Below, in pieces: positions 47,837 through 57,889 of a DNA stretch of 64,000 nt. Source of the DNA: Patescibacteria group bacterium (GTDB lineage Bacteria; Patescibacteriota; Microgenomatia; Levybacterales; UBA12049); NCBI GenBank assembly GCA_035946335.1, contig DASYZL010000006.1:175664-239663 (forward strand). Reading direction: 5' to 3'. A program made the translations under genes and the position numbers. The notes beneath the pieces were generated by a model. It made no database searches and had not been told where the DNA came from. It was given only the letters and a program-made list of their open reading frames with translations. Within the stretch, counting starts at the first letter, position 1; each line of letters opens with the position of its first letter.

Positions 47837-49570
47837 ATGATTTTACTACTATTATTTTCATTTTTAGCAGGTTTTGTTACCATCCTGGCCCCATGTATTT
47901 GGCCTGTGCTTCCTATAGTGCTTTCTTCATCTCTTGCTAGAGGACATCAGAGACCATTGGGAATCACCCTTGGAGTAATACTTAGCTTTACGATTTTCAC
48001 GCTTTCGGTTTCCTCTCTTGTTCGGTTGTTCCATCTTGATCCAAATGTCCTTCGTATATTTGCGGTCAGTATTATCATTTTTCTCGGGCTAACGATGATC
48101 ATTCCACCACTAACAACGAAATTTGAGCTTTTCTTGTCAAGATTATCAAATACAATAGGTCAAAATGCCGCAAACAAACAAGGTTCTGGATTTTTACCAG
48201 GATTTATTACCGGGCTTTCTCTTGGTATTGTTTGGAGTCCCTGTGCTGGACCAATTCTAGCAACTATTGCAGCACTCGCGGCAACTGGACAGGTATCGTT
48301 TCAAGTTGTTTTAGTGACCCTTGCTTACGTTACAGGGGCTGGAATTCCACTCTTTGCCTTTGCCTATGGTGGACAACAATTTATGACTAAAGCACGGGGA
48401 ATGAATAAATATACAGGAAGGGTTCAACAAGTATTTGGAGTCATCATGATCCTTGCAGCTATTGCAATTTTTACCAATTATGATCAAACGCTTCAATTAC
48501 AACTCCTGAACGAATTCCCTGCGCTGGGGACTGCGGTTAATGGATTTGAAAACAGTAGCTTTGTTACAAACCAACTTAATCTCTTAAAAGGAACGCAGTC
48601 AATACAAAGTCCTGATACGAGTGGACTTTTTAACGCAAACCAACCTGCTCCTAATTTTATTGGCATTGATAAATGGTTGAATACAGATAAACCGTTAACA
48701 ATCAACAGCCTGAAAGGTAAAGTCGTATTAGTTGATTTTTGGACCTACACCTGTATTAACTGCATTCGCACTCTTCCTCATGTGACCAGTTGGTATGACA
48801 AATATAAAGATAATGGATTTATAGTTATTGGCGTCCATACACCAGAGTTTCAGTTTGAACACGACAGCAATAATGTCGTTAACGCAATAAAAATGTATAA
48901 CATCCATTATCCAGTTGCCCAAGACAATGAATATGCTACATGGAATAACTATAACAATGAATACTGGCCAGCTGAATATCTTATAGATGCAAAGGGCCTT
49001 ATCAGACGTACCCATTTCGGCGAGGGAGAGTATAATCAAATGGAAATGGCAATACGCTCTCTTCTTCAGGAAGCTGGGCAAAAAGTCACAGCAACACTTG
49101 ATACAAAACCCGATCAGACACCTCAATCTCAGATATCTCCTGAAACATACCTCGGCTCCAAACGTATGCAATATTATTTCCCTTCAGGAAATGTAGGTAA
49201 TGGTATACAAACATTTTCTTTATCAAATAATCTCAGCCAGAACAGCTTTAGTTATGGCGGGCAATGGACAATAACTGACGAGTATGCAATTTCAGGAAAC
49301 AATGCAGCGTTAAATTATAACTTTTCCGCGAGTAAAGTATTTATCATTCTTCGTCCTGGTTCTGCAAAAAACCCAATAGTTAAGGTATTTCTCGATGGAA
49401 AAATTATTGACCCTTCCCTTGCAGGAAGCGATGTGAAAAACGGTATCATAACCATTAACAGAGATAGATTATATAGTATCGTAGACCTCAAGGGTCAGAC
49501 CGGAAATCATATTCTCAAACTCGAATTCCAAACGTCTGGGGTACAAGCATATACATTTACCTTTGGATAA
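47837..49570 (+). CDS. CcdA/DsbD-like transmembrane thiol-disulfide electron transporter fused to an extracytoplasmic thioredoxin-like (TlpA/ResA) domain and a C-terminal beta domain
   Basis: A cytochrome-c-biogenesis DsbD-type membrane domain with Cys in TM1 (APCIWPV) and TM4 (SPCAGP), followed by a redoxin WTYTCINCIR CxxC motif. Confidence 0.8.
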   Translation: MILLLLFSFLAGFVTILAPCIWPVLPIVLSSSLARGHQRPLGITLGVILSFTIFTLSVSSLVRLFHLDPNVLRIFAVSIIIFLGLTMIIPPLTTKFELFLSRLSNTIGQNAANKQGSGFLPGFITGLSLGIVWSPCAGPILATIAALAATGQVSFQVVLVTLAYVTGAGIPLFAFAYGGQQFMTKARGMNKYTGRVQQVFGVIMILAAIAIFTNYDQTLQLQLLNEFPALGTAVNGFENSSFVTNQLNLLKGTQSIQSPDTSGLFNANQPAPNFIGIDKWLNTDKPLTINSLKGKVVLVDFWTYTCINCIRTLPHVTSWYDKYKDNGFIVIGVHTPEFQFEHDSNNVVNAIKMYNIHYPVAQDNEYATWNNYNNEYWPAEYLIDAKGLIRRTHFGEGEYNQMEMAIRSLLQEAGQKVTATLDTKPDQTPQSQISPETYLGSKRMQYYFPSGNVGNGIQTFSLSNNLSQNSFSYGGQWTITDEYAISGNNAALNYNFSASKVFIILRPGSAKNPIVKVFLDGKIIDPSLAGSDVKNGIITINRDRLYSIVDLKGQTGNHILKLEFQTSGVQAYTFTFG

Positions 49571-49573
49571 GCT

Positions 49574-49780
49574 ATGAATAAGTACGTATTATTTTTTCTT
49601 CTTTTCTTGGGAATTGTCATGTTATTTTATCTTTTTTTTACAGCAAATTCCATACAAAAAGAGTCAGCTAGCAGGAATAAGTCCAAATATCTTTGCGACA
49701 GTGCTGTTACGGATTGTCATAGGAAAAGTACTCCTGAAATTCCAAAAGGAGTCTGTATTCCAGGAAGCAAATGTACATAA
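49574..49780 (+). CDS. Small membrane protein with a Cys-rich extracytoplasmic tail
   Basis: TM helix followed by CDSAVTDC...CIPGSKC. Confidence 0.35.
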   Translation: MNKYVLFFLLFLGIVMLFYLFFTANSIQKESASRNKSKYLCDSAVTDCHRKSTPEIPKGVCIPGSKCT

Positions 49781-49798
49781 AAGAATTTGTTGGCAGAA

Positions 49799-50338
49799 AT
49801 GAAGAAAAGAATAGTTATTATCAAAATTGGCGCAGGCATAACTGTTGCAGGAATACTTTTCCTATTACTCCACAATGCTTCTTCCAAACCTCAAACCACT
49901 TTTCAATCAGAAACGAAAATTATTTCTGGTTCTTTTGATACAAGAAACATGAAAACTGATGCGCAGTGGAGAAAAATATTAACTCCTGAGCAATATACCA
50001 TTCTTCGCCAAGCTGGAACAGAAGTTCCTTATACGGGAAAATTAGAATACGAACAGAGAAAAGGAACCTATTACAGTGTAGGATGCAATAAGCCTATTTT
50101 TCGCTCTGAGCAAAAGTATGAGTCTGGAACAGGTTGGCCAAGTTTCTGGGCGCCAATCAATCCTAACGCCTTAGTCCTAAGAGAAGATAATAGTATTCCT
50201 GTGGAACCTCGCATTGAAGTGCTTGATACGTGCGGTAACCACCTTGGTCACGTGTTTGATGATGGCCCGCAACCAACGGGAAAAAGATATTGCATGAATT
50301 CAATTGCAATGTATTTTGTGCCAGATAAAAAGCAGTAA
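49799..50338 (+). CDS. msrB: Membrane-anchored peptide methionine-(R)-S-oxide reductase MsrB
   Basis: N-terminal TM anchor, then a SelR domain with GWPSF, HLGHVFDDGPQPTGKRYCMNS (catalytic Cys). Confidence 0.85.
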   Translation: MKKRIVIIKIGAGITVAGILFLLLHNASSKPQTTFQSETKIISGSFDTRNMKTDAQWRKILTPEQYTILRQAGTEVPYTGKLEYEQRKGTYYSVGCNKPIFRSEQKYESGTGWPSFWAPINPNALVLREDNSIPVEPRIEVLDTCGNHLGHVFDDGPQPTGKRYCMNSIAMYFVPDKKQ

Positions 50339-50414
50339 ACGAATTATTCTTTTGAGAGAGGATATCGTAAACAGTGAAAATACGACCGCATTGTTAGTGT
50401 AACTAATAGGTAGT

Positions 50415-51635
50415 ATGCTTTACCATATGGCTACCTTTTTAACACTACTAAAATCAAAAAAATACTATGTAATAATTACTATTATCGTTTTTCTATTCAT
50501 CATTCTTCGAGCAATCCTTTTGACAAGTCCAAACACTGAACTTACTTATACAGCTAAGATGGAAAACTTGATTGATACCGTACAAGTCAGTGGAACATAT
50601 TCTACAGCTTCTCAGATACCAGTGGCCTCTCCGTCGAATGGTGTAATAGATAAGATATTTGTTAGCAATAACAGCCAGGTAAAAAAGGGTGATCAATTAT
50701 TTCATGTCCAGAGCACTGCAACAGTTGACCAACAAAAAGCTGCGTATGCTGCGTATCTTGCAGCAAACAGTACCGTACAAGCTGATAATGCAACCCTTTA
50801 TAGTCTTCAGTCTACGATGTATGCTGCCTGGCAGGCATATATAAATCAAGCAACGAGCGCTACCTACCAAAATAGCGACGGCTCTCCCAACGCTACCAAC
50901 CGAGTCGAAACAACGTTCACTGTCCCTCAGGCTGCCTGGTTGGCAGCGGAGGCAAATTATAAAAATCAGCAGGCAGTTATTAATAAAGATCAAGCAGCAC
51001 TTTCTGCTGCGCAACAAACGTATGCAGAAACGCAAAGCGTTACTGTCATTGCCCCAGTTGGCGGAACTGTCGTGAATCTTCTTGCGCAAAGCGGCGATCA
51101 GGTAGCTGCCAATACTTCAGCAATCACTGTCATTGGCACAAATACAGGTCAAGCAGCAGTATCATCTTCCACTCCCCAATCAATCCTTATTATTGCAAAT
51201 CTTTCAAATCCTTATCTTACAGCAGATATAAGTGAAGACTATGCCACAAGAATCGTAAAAGGACAAAAGGCATCTGTTGTTTTTGATGCGATGAAAGATA
51301 AAACATTTTCCGCAACTGTTGAAAACATTGATACTGTGGGGACAAATACGCAGGGAGTAATTACCTATAAAGCCAGAATCGCTACGGATAATCTTTTATC
51401 AAAAATAAAACCTGACATGACAGCACTTATTACCATTGAAACGCTTCGAAAAAATAATGTAATTGACGTACCCAATAGCGCCATTGTTACAAGGAGTAAT
51501 ATGTCCTATGTTGAACAAGCTAACACACATAAACTCATCCCAGTATTAGTCGGAGCAAGAGGTGTCATAAAAACTGAAATTACAAGCGGGCTATATGCTG
51601 GAACAGTTCTTGTTGCAAATCCAAACTCAAATTAA
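50415..51635 (+). CDS. HlyD-family periplasmic adaptor (membrane fusion protein) of a MacAB-like efflux system
   Basis: TM anchor, lipoyl-like hairpins and a long Q/A-rich coiled coil. Confidence 0.75.
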   Translation: MLYHMATFLTLLKSKKYYVIITIIVFLFIILRAILLTSPNTELTYTAKMENLIDTVQVSGTYSTASQIPVASPSNGVIDKIFVSNNSQVKKGDQLFHVQSTATVDQQKAAYAAYLAANSTVQADNATLYSLQSTMYAAWQAYINQATSATYQNSDGSPNATNRVETTFTVPQAAWLAAEANYKNQQAVINKDQAALSAAQQTYAETQSVTVIAPVGGTVVNLLAQSGDQVAANTSAITVIGTNTGQAAVSSSTPQSILIIANLSNPYLTADISEDYATRIVKGQKASVVFDAMKDKTFSATVENIDTVGTNTQGVITYKARIATDNLLSKIKPDMTALITIETLRKNNVIDVPNSAIVTRSNMSYVEQANTHKLIPVLVGARGVIKTEITSGLYAGTVLVANPNSN

Positions 51636-51640
51636 ATAAT

Positions 51641-52912
51641 ATGGTATGGAAAGACAATGCGTTATTAGTTGGCTTTTTCCTGGCAGTTCGAGAAATAAAA
51701 CGAAGCAATCCTTGGACTAGCATACTAATCATACTTATTATCAGCCTTACTTTCTTTAATATGCTCTTTATCGGTGGACTTTTTTTGGGGATCATTGGAG
51801 GGTTTTTAGGAGCGTTTCAAACAAATTACTCAGGGAATGTCCTTATAAGTCCAGCGATAAATAAAAATGAAATTTCAGATACAGATACCGTTATCTCTAT
51901 AGTAAAAAGTCTCCCTACCTACAGATCTTTATCTGCACGCTTTGTTACATCTGCAATACTTGCATACAACTATCAAAATAAGGTAAGACCGACGGATGTT
52001 TCTGAAAGTGCTGCAGGGCAACTTGTTGGTATTAATCCTATTGCTGAGGATAGAACAGCACAACTGTCAAAAGCAATCATTGCAGGATCATATCTTACGC
52101 CATCTGATTCCGACGAGATTTTAGTTGGTTCAACATTAACACAGAAATATGCAACAGTCAGAAATGCAGGGAACACGGTCGGATCAAGAGTTTTAGTTAC
52201 AGCAGATATTGGATCTCGAGTTCTTTTAATGGTAAACGGTATTCAGAAAGAGGTAACGATAAAAGGAATAGTAACAACCAATGTTCCTACTGTTGATGCT
52301 CGCATATACATGGTTGATTCAACAGTCAGACAGTTGATGGGAAATACCAGTTTAAACGCAAATGAAATAGCGATTTCACTTACCCCTCGTGCTTCCGATA
52401 CAGATGCAAAAAATTATATTATTAGAAATCTCGCAAATAGAAATGATGTATTAGTACAAACATCCGCCGACACATTACCCGCAGGTTTATCCAGCGAATT
52501 ACAGATATTTTCAAAATTAGATAATCTTATTGGAGGAATAGCGCTTGTTATCAGTTCCATTACGATATTTATCGTGATTTATGTGAATGCGGTAACACGA
52601 AGAAAATTTATAGGGATTCTGAAAGGCATAGGAATTTCAAGTCGAGCAATAGAAATCTCTTATGTTTTTCAGGCTCTTTTCTATGCTATTGGAGGCACAA
52701 TCCTAGCAAGCGTCCTGATTATGGGTCTGATTGTTCCCTATTACGATGTGCACCCGTTTAATATAGCAGGTATTCCTGGAACGCTTGCTATAACAATGAG
52801 TGATATTATTCCCCGGGCTATTTTACTAACAGTGGTATCAGGAATTTTTGGTTTTATTCCTGCATGGCTTGTTACAAAACAAAATACACTGGATGCGATA
52901 TTGGGAAGATAA
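51641..52912 (+). CDS. ABC transporter permease, FtsX/MacB family
   Basis: TM1, a large periplasmic domain, then the FtsX 3-TM bundle. Confidence 0.8.
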   Translation: MVWKDNALLVGFFLAVREIKRSNPWTSILIILIISLTFFNMLFIGGLFLGIIGGFLGAFQTNYSGNVLISPAINKNEISDTDTVISIVKSLPTYRSLSARFVTSAILAYNYQNKVRPTDVSESAAGQLVGINPIAEDRTAQLSKAIIAGSYLTPSDSDEILVGSTLTQKYATVRNAGNTVGSRVLVTADIGSRVLLMVNGIQKEVTIKGIVTTNVPTVDARIYMVDSTVRQLMGNTSLNANEIAISLTPRASDTDAKNYIIRNLANRNDVLVQTSADTLPAGLSSELQIFSKLDNLIGGIALVISSITIFIVIYVNAVTRRKFIGILKGIGISSRAIEISYVFQALFYAIGGTILASVLIMGLIVPYYDVHPFNIAGIPGTLAITMSDIIPRAILLTVVSGIFGFIPAWLVTKQNTLDAILGR

Positions 52913-52913
52913 T

Positions 52914-53621
52914 ATGATTCGAGTTAGTAATCTTGTGAAAAAATTCCGCATGGGAGAAACAGAACTTATTGCTCTCAAGCACTTAAGCTTTGCGGTCCCC
53001 ACTGGTCAATTTCTTGCGATAACTGGAAGGTCAGGTGCTGGAAAAAGTACATTACTCTATAACATGAGCCTTCTGGACAAACCAACTGAGGGAGCTATCA
53101 CCATTGATGACCAGAATATTACGGAAATTGAGGATAAAAAACGGGTAACATACCGTCTGAGTAATTTTGGTTTTATTTTTCAGGAATACGCACTTTTACC
53201 AACACTAAGCTCTATAGAGAATGTGATGCTTCCACTTATGATGGAGGGATTTGACAAAGCGTATGTTGAACAAGAGGCAAAAGAAGCATTAGAAAAGGTA
53301 GGATTGGGAGACAAACTTGATAATTTACCAAGTCAATTATCAGGTGGACAGCAACAAAGAGTCAGTATTGCAAGGGCAATTACCCACAATCCGAAAATAG
53401 TGTTTGCAGATGAACCAACAGCAAATCTTGATACAGAATCTTCGATGCAGATTCTTGATATATTTCTTGAACTTAATAAACAAGGTCAAACGATTATCAT
53501 GGTTACCCATGAACCAGAATACGCAAAGATTGCACATCGGGATATAGAATTACTTGATGGAGACATCGTTCGAGATACGGCACAAAAGCCAAAAAAACTA
53601 AAAGATATCCATCATGACTAG
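52914..53621 (+). CDS. ABC transporter ATP-binding protein (MacB/LolD-like)
   Basis: Walker A GRSGAGKST, signature LSGGQQQRVSIARA, Walker B IVFADEPT. Start at MIRVSNL. Confidence 0.85.
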   Translation: MIRVSNLVKKFRMGETELIALKHLSFAVPTGQFLAITGRSGAGKSTLLYNMSLLDKPTEGAITIDDQNITEIEDKKRVTYRLSNFGFIFQEYALLPTLSSIENVMLPLMMEGFDKAYVEQEAKEALEKVGLGDKLDNLPSQLSGGQQQRVSIARAITHNPKIVFADEPTANLDTESSMQILDIFLELNKQGQTIIMVTHEPEYAKIAHRDIELLDGDIVRDTAQKPKKLKDIHHD

Positions 53622-53636
53622 TGATATAATCGCTTT

Positions 53637-54524
53637 GTGAAAAAAGTCTTCATTACTGGTGCCTCAGGATTTCTTGGTACAAAGCTATTTGCTATGTATG
53701 CAAATACAGCTGAGGTATCAGGAACTTATCACAAGCATCCCAAAGAAGGTCTGATACCATTTGATGTTACTGATGCAGAACAAACACGAGAGGTTATAAC
53801 AAGGTTTCATCCCGATAATATTATTCATACCGTTGCTCTGGCAGACGTAGATATCTGCGAAGAAAGAAGAGAAGATGCAGAGATAATAAATTATCTTGGT
53901 ACTAAAAACGTTGTTGATGCGGCTTGCGCTATAGGTGCGCGAGTAGACTATATATCAACAGTGTATGTTTTTAACGGAGAAAAAGGTCAATATACTGAAG
54001 AGGATGAACCGAATCCAATGAACTGGTATGGAGAAACAAAATTACGAGCAGAGCGGGAAGTTGCAACACTTCCTCACTATGGCATATATCGCTTTGATAA
54101 GCTCTACGGATATAACGGAGAAGGCAAACCGAACGATGCATTTTCAAAAGTTCTCGCTGGCAAACTCTTTCAAGTAAATAGTAATTCAATTCGGCAACCT
54201 TTGTTTATTGATGACGTTGACAGAGGAATTCAGTTTATTCAAGAAAGAAATTTAAATGGAATTTTTCATATGGCAGGTCCGGAGAAAATGAGCAAATATG
54301 ATTTAACTATTCAGTTGGCAAAGCTAATTGGCAAAGAATCTTTAGTAATTCCCATTTTAGAAAAAGAACAGGTGGCAAGAAGACCAAAAGATGCCTCTAT
54401 AGTTACAACTAAAGCAGAGTCACTTGGTATACGATTCACGCCACTACAAGAAGCGATCGATATTATCGAAACAAGCTTAAGAAAAAAAGGTATTGAAGGA
54501 GTAAGAAAATCTACTGAACGCTAA
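53637..54524 (+). CDS. NAD(P)-dependent sugar epimerase/reductase (RmlD-like, dTDP-4-dehydrorhamnose reductase family)
   Basis: Rossmann GASGFLG motif and a YGETK catalytic Tyr/Lys. GTG start. Confidence 0.7.
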   Translation: MKKVFITGASGFLGTKLFAMYANTAEVSGTYHKHPKEGLIPFDVTDAEQTREVITRFHPDNIIHTVALADVDICEERREDAEIINYLGTKNVVDAACAIGARVDYISTVYVFNGEKGQYTEEDEPNPMNWYGETKLRAEREVATLPHYGIYRFDKLYGYNGEGKPNDAFSKVLAGKLFQVNSNSIRQPLFIDDVDRGIQFIQERNLNGIFHMAGPEKMSKYDLTIQLAKLIGKESLVIPILEKEQVARRPKDASIVTTKAESLGIRFTPLQEAIDIIETSLRKKGIEGVRKSTER

Positions 54525-54750
54525 ACGGTGGAGAAAAAGCTGTCAATTTTCTTCCTCCTCTACTTTTACAAGTCATAGCAATGGTATTCCTCCTTTTGAT
54601 TACCTATCAAGTTTTCTTTTTTGATATACTAATGCAATAAGGGCTGTAGGAATATCCAGAGTATTCTTATGAAGAAAAAAAAGAAATATTACTCAATTTA
54701 ATTCTATAAAGTTTTTCGTTATTATTTCTCCGCTATTACTCCTTGTACTC

Positions 54751-55569
54751 TTGGCGACCGGGGCATACTTTTGGTATCAATCCCGTACAATTCCAGATCT
54801 TGATGAAGAACATCAGATGACACAACTTCCCTCAGACATACGCAATGTATTGGGAACGAATTCCAACACTATTCTAGGTATTTCCATTCGTATCCCCTTT
54901 TTCCTATACCACTACGTTGAGTATGTGCATAACGATCCAGGAAGACAAAATCTAAACGTTCCACCCAATATCCTCACCGCTCAAATTGAAACACTGAAAA
55001 ATGCTGGATATACTTTTATTACTCCAGATGGTCTTACTCCGGCTCTATCGGGAAAGAATACATTACCACAAAAAGTTGCGATACTTAGCTTTGATGACGG
55101 ATACATGGACTTTTATACCGATGTATTCCCTATTTTACAAAAAGAACAGGTAAAAGCTATCGCATATATAGTTCCAAATTTTCTTGACAGACCAAATTAC
55201 ATGTTCACCTTTCAACTTGAAGAAGTTGCAAAAAGTCCATTAGTCGAAATTGGCGCACATACCATGGATCATTATCCATTAGCAGGAATGAATAGTAAAA
55301 CAGCAATATATGAAATTGCTCAAAGCAGAAAAACACTACAAAATTTATTACATCTACCGGTAAATTCGTTCGCCTACCCCTATGGTTCTTTTGATCTACC
55401 AACAGTAAAAATTGTACAGGATGCTGGATTTACTAATGCAGTTTCAGTTATTCCGGGAATTATGCAGAGTCCGGAGAATGAATTTTATCTTAACCGCTTA
55501 AGACCAGGCTACCGAACAGGTCAAGTTTTACTTAAATATCTCAATCAAAATACTTTCCTACCTTGGTAA
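54751..55569 (+). CDS. Polysaccharide deacetylase (NodB homology domain); the N-terminus is probably disrupted or misphased at an A8 run
   Basis: LSFDDGYMDFYT (the TFDDG motif) and HTMDHYPL. There is no in-frame ATG; the upstream ATG at about 54669 is out of frame across a poly-A tract. Confidence 0.7.
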   Translation: MATGAYFWYQSRTIPDLDEEHQMTQLPSDIRNVLGTNSNTILGISIRIPFFLYHYVEYVHNDPGRQNLNVPPNILTAQIETLKNAGYTFITPDGLTPALSGKNTLPQKVAILSFDDGYMDFYTDVFPILQKEQVKAIAYIVPNFLDRPNYMFTFQLEEVAKSPLVEIGAHTMDHYPLAGMNSKTAIYEIAQSRKTLQNLLHLPVNSFAYPYGSFDLPTVKIVQDAGFTNAVSVIPGIMQSPENEFYLNRLRPGYRTGQVLLKYLNQNTFLPW

Positions 55570-55620
55570 GTATTACTCCTCCTCTCCCCCTCCATATTAC
55601 TAAACACAATAAGGGAAAAG

Positions 55621-56280
55621 TCATTCAAAAAGTGTTGCAAGCTGTATAAATCTTTGACTCGTCGTATCAAACCAGAACGATGAACCTGTGCTTCCATTTT
55701 GATTTTTTGTATTCACAACAAGAAGCGTTGGAGATGCCCAACCGGTAACGTCATTAATTGTATATGAAGAGGTATAGGCAATAAATAGCGGCGTTACATC
55801 AAGATCATTCTCCCCATTAGCAAAAGGTTCTCCGGATGTTTTAAACACAAGGTAATGGTTACCATCATTTAATGTCTCTTTAAGAAAAATATAACTATCG
55901 TCTGAAGAGAATGCGTTAAAAGGAATAGACATAGTGCTTTCTCCATGTAGAATCTGGGTAAAAAGAGTTTTCTCTGTGTTGGTGGATATATTTGTAAGCA
56001 TAAACACATACGTTGTTGACTTAAGATTTTGCGTTGTTTTCATGGTGAGTTTTTCTGCGCCATCTGACGATATCCAGGAAGTAACGACGCTTCTCGAAGC
56101 AACAGGCACTGTTGTTGGAATAAGAGTAGGCGATCTATCGCTAATAAAATGTGGAAGAGGCGTAATGACTTGTTTATATTGAAACTGCTTTGGCTGGCGC
56201 AAGTAAAAAACAACGAAAAGACAGATGATACTTGCAATAAGAATAAATGATATTGTTTCAAGTTCACGTGTGAGTATCAT
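55621..56280 (-). CDS. Membrane-anchored extracytoplasmic hypothetical protein
   Basis: N-terminal TM helix then a beta-rich domain. Translationally coupled to the L,D-transpeptidase gene. Confidence 0.4.
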   Translation of the reverse strand: MILTRELETISFILIASIICLFVVFYLRQPKQFQYKQVITPLPHFISDRSPTLIPTTVPVASRSVVTSWISSDGAEKLTMKTTQNLKSTTYVFMLTNISTNTEKTLFTQILHGESTMSIPFNAFSSDDSYIFLKETLNDGNHYLVFKTSGEPFANGENDLDVTPLFIAYTSSYTINDVTGWASPTLLVVNTKNQNGSTGSSFWFDTTSQRFIQLATLFE

Positions 56281-56281
56281 A

Positions 56282-57019
56282 TTAATTTGTCACCACCCCA
56301 GGCGCTGTCCCGGCAACAGTAACTTCTGTTCCAGGATTATTCGTTGTTGCGTACGTTGTGAATCCTGTTGTTGGTGGGTCTACCCAGTTATATAAAGCTT
56401 GTGCATCAACAATGCGCATATTAATACACCCGTGGCTCATGGGATGACCGAAATTATTGTGCCAGTATGCGCCATGGAGACTGAACCCTGCTGATGCAGG
56501 AACATCGTTATTGGCAAAGAACATGACATACGGAACATTAGGTAAATCATAAAAGTCAGCACCACTTCCTCCTGTCATTCGTGTTGCGCGTAATTTAATC
56601 CAAATGGTAAATGTTCCATCCGGGGTAGGATGCCATTTGCCAGATGAAATAAGTGTTTTCATTACCAGTGTTTTTCCCTGGTATGCATAAAGCGTTTGCG
56701 AAGACAAATCAACATAAATATGCTTTTGCCCAGTTAAAACTGATGCACCCAACACAGCCTTGTTTGTTATATCCTGTGAAAGGGATATTTTCGGAACAGC
56801 AACAGTGCGCCCTTCGAACACTCCTTTTACATTATTCTCCACTTTTACTGATAAATCTTTAATGCAACTGATAGAGTTTGCACAGAAAGGCGAAGCGGAT
56901 GGTAAAAAACTCGTACCTATCGTTACGATAGATACTACTGCAGTGATACTCAAACAAAGACGGATAAAATAATATCGAACTGTTTTGGGATGTTTTATGC
57001 GTGCAGGCTTTTTCTTCAT
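56282..57019 (-). CDS. L,D-transpeptidase (YkuD domain)
   Basis: Catalytic motif HGAYWHNNFGHPMSHGCINM. Confidence 0.8.
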   Translation of the reverse strand: MKKKPARIKHPKTVRYYFIRLCLSITAVVSIVTIGTSFLPSASPFCANSISCIKDLSVKVENNVKGVFEGRTVAVPKISLSQDITNKAVLGASVLTGQKHIYVDLSSQTLYAYQGKTLVMKTLISSGKWHPTPDGTFTIWIKLRATRMTGGSGADFYDLPNVPYVMFFANNDVPASAGFSLHGAYWHNNFGHPMSHGCINMRIVDAQALYNWVDPPTTGFTTYATTNNPGTEVTVAGTAPGVVTN

Positions 57020-57062
57020 CCTATATTTAGGTTAGTATAGGGAAGAACAATTGTAAAGACCC

Positions 57063-57728
57063 TTACCCAAGTTTTTCAACGCGGATGGTCAAGTTTGTCC
57101 CGTTATGAGTAAAAATAAATGCAACTGGTTTATTAAATGTATTCGTAATATACAAATTTTGCATACTGCTGCTTCCAGTCTCCCCAGGCATATAATAAAT
57201 AGCAACTCCATATTTTTCCGGTACATCAGGAATCCGGGCAAAATTATGTGGCGTAGGTGATACCACAAATAAATCTGCTGTCCTGGCAACAACATTGATA
57301 AATGAGGCCAAGTGACAAACACCATCTCCTACCAGCCAGCCGTCTGATTCAAATCCCTCGCTTGCATCAAAGTGGGCATTTGTTGTCTGTGACACATTAT
57401 TTTTATATTGCGGTAAAACTGAATCGTGAAAGGCAAAAGATGTACCAGATTTGAGCACCATTGTATAAGTAAAGTCACTCTTTACCATATTCCAGTTTAC
57501 GGTTTGTCCTTCTTTCACAGTTCCCCTCATATATGCAAGTGTAAGTAAAATGTTATCCGCAAAAACGTTGTTTACATAGCTATTATTATACCTATCAGCA
57601 AGAGAATAGGTGCGACTTGATAATACGTTTGTCACCTCAGACATAGGTGTTGCCATAGAATACGCTACCGTTGCTCGTGACATAAGCATAGTAAAAATAA
57701 TAAGAATACTGATGATTTTAGAATACAT
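57063..57728 (-). CDS. VanW-like domain secreted protein
   Basis: Signal peptide, and GDGVCHLASF resembling the VanW GGGVCQ motif. Confidence 0.45.
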   Translation of the reverse strand: MYSKIISILIIFTMLMSRATVAYSMATPMSEVTNVLSSRTYSLADRYNNSYVNNVFADNILLTLAYMRGTVKEGQTVNWNMVKSDFTYTMVLKSGTSFAFHDSVLPQYKNNVSQTTNAHFDASEGFESDGWLVGDGVCHLASFINVVARTADLFVVSPTPHNFARIPDVPEKYGVAIYYMPGETGSSSMQNLYITNTFNKPVAFIFTHNGTNLTIRVEKLG

Positions 57729-57889
57729 ATTTCTATAAGCTGGGAAATTCCAGCACTTGAAAAGGAATTATATCATATTATAGGATATAATTCAAGTAGT
57801 GAGATCAGGTTCAATAATGAGGTTTTTAACACAAATACCCCTGAAAATTCCTCTTTTCCCCATTCTCCAACTCCTGTTATACTGAGTAC

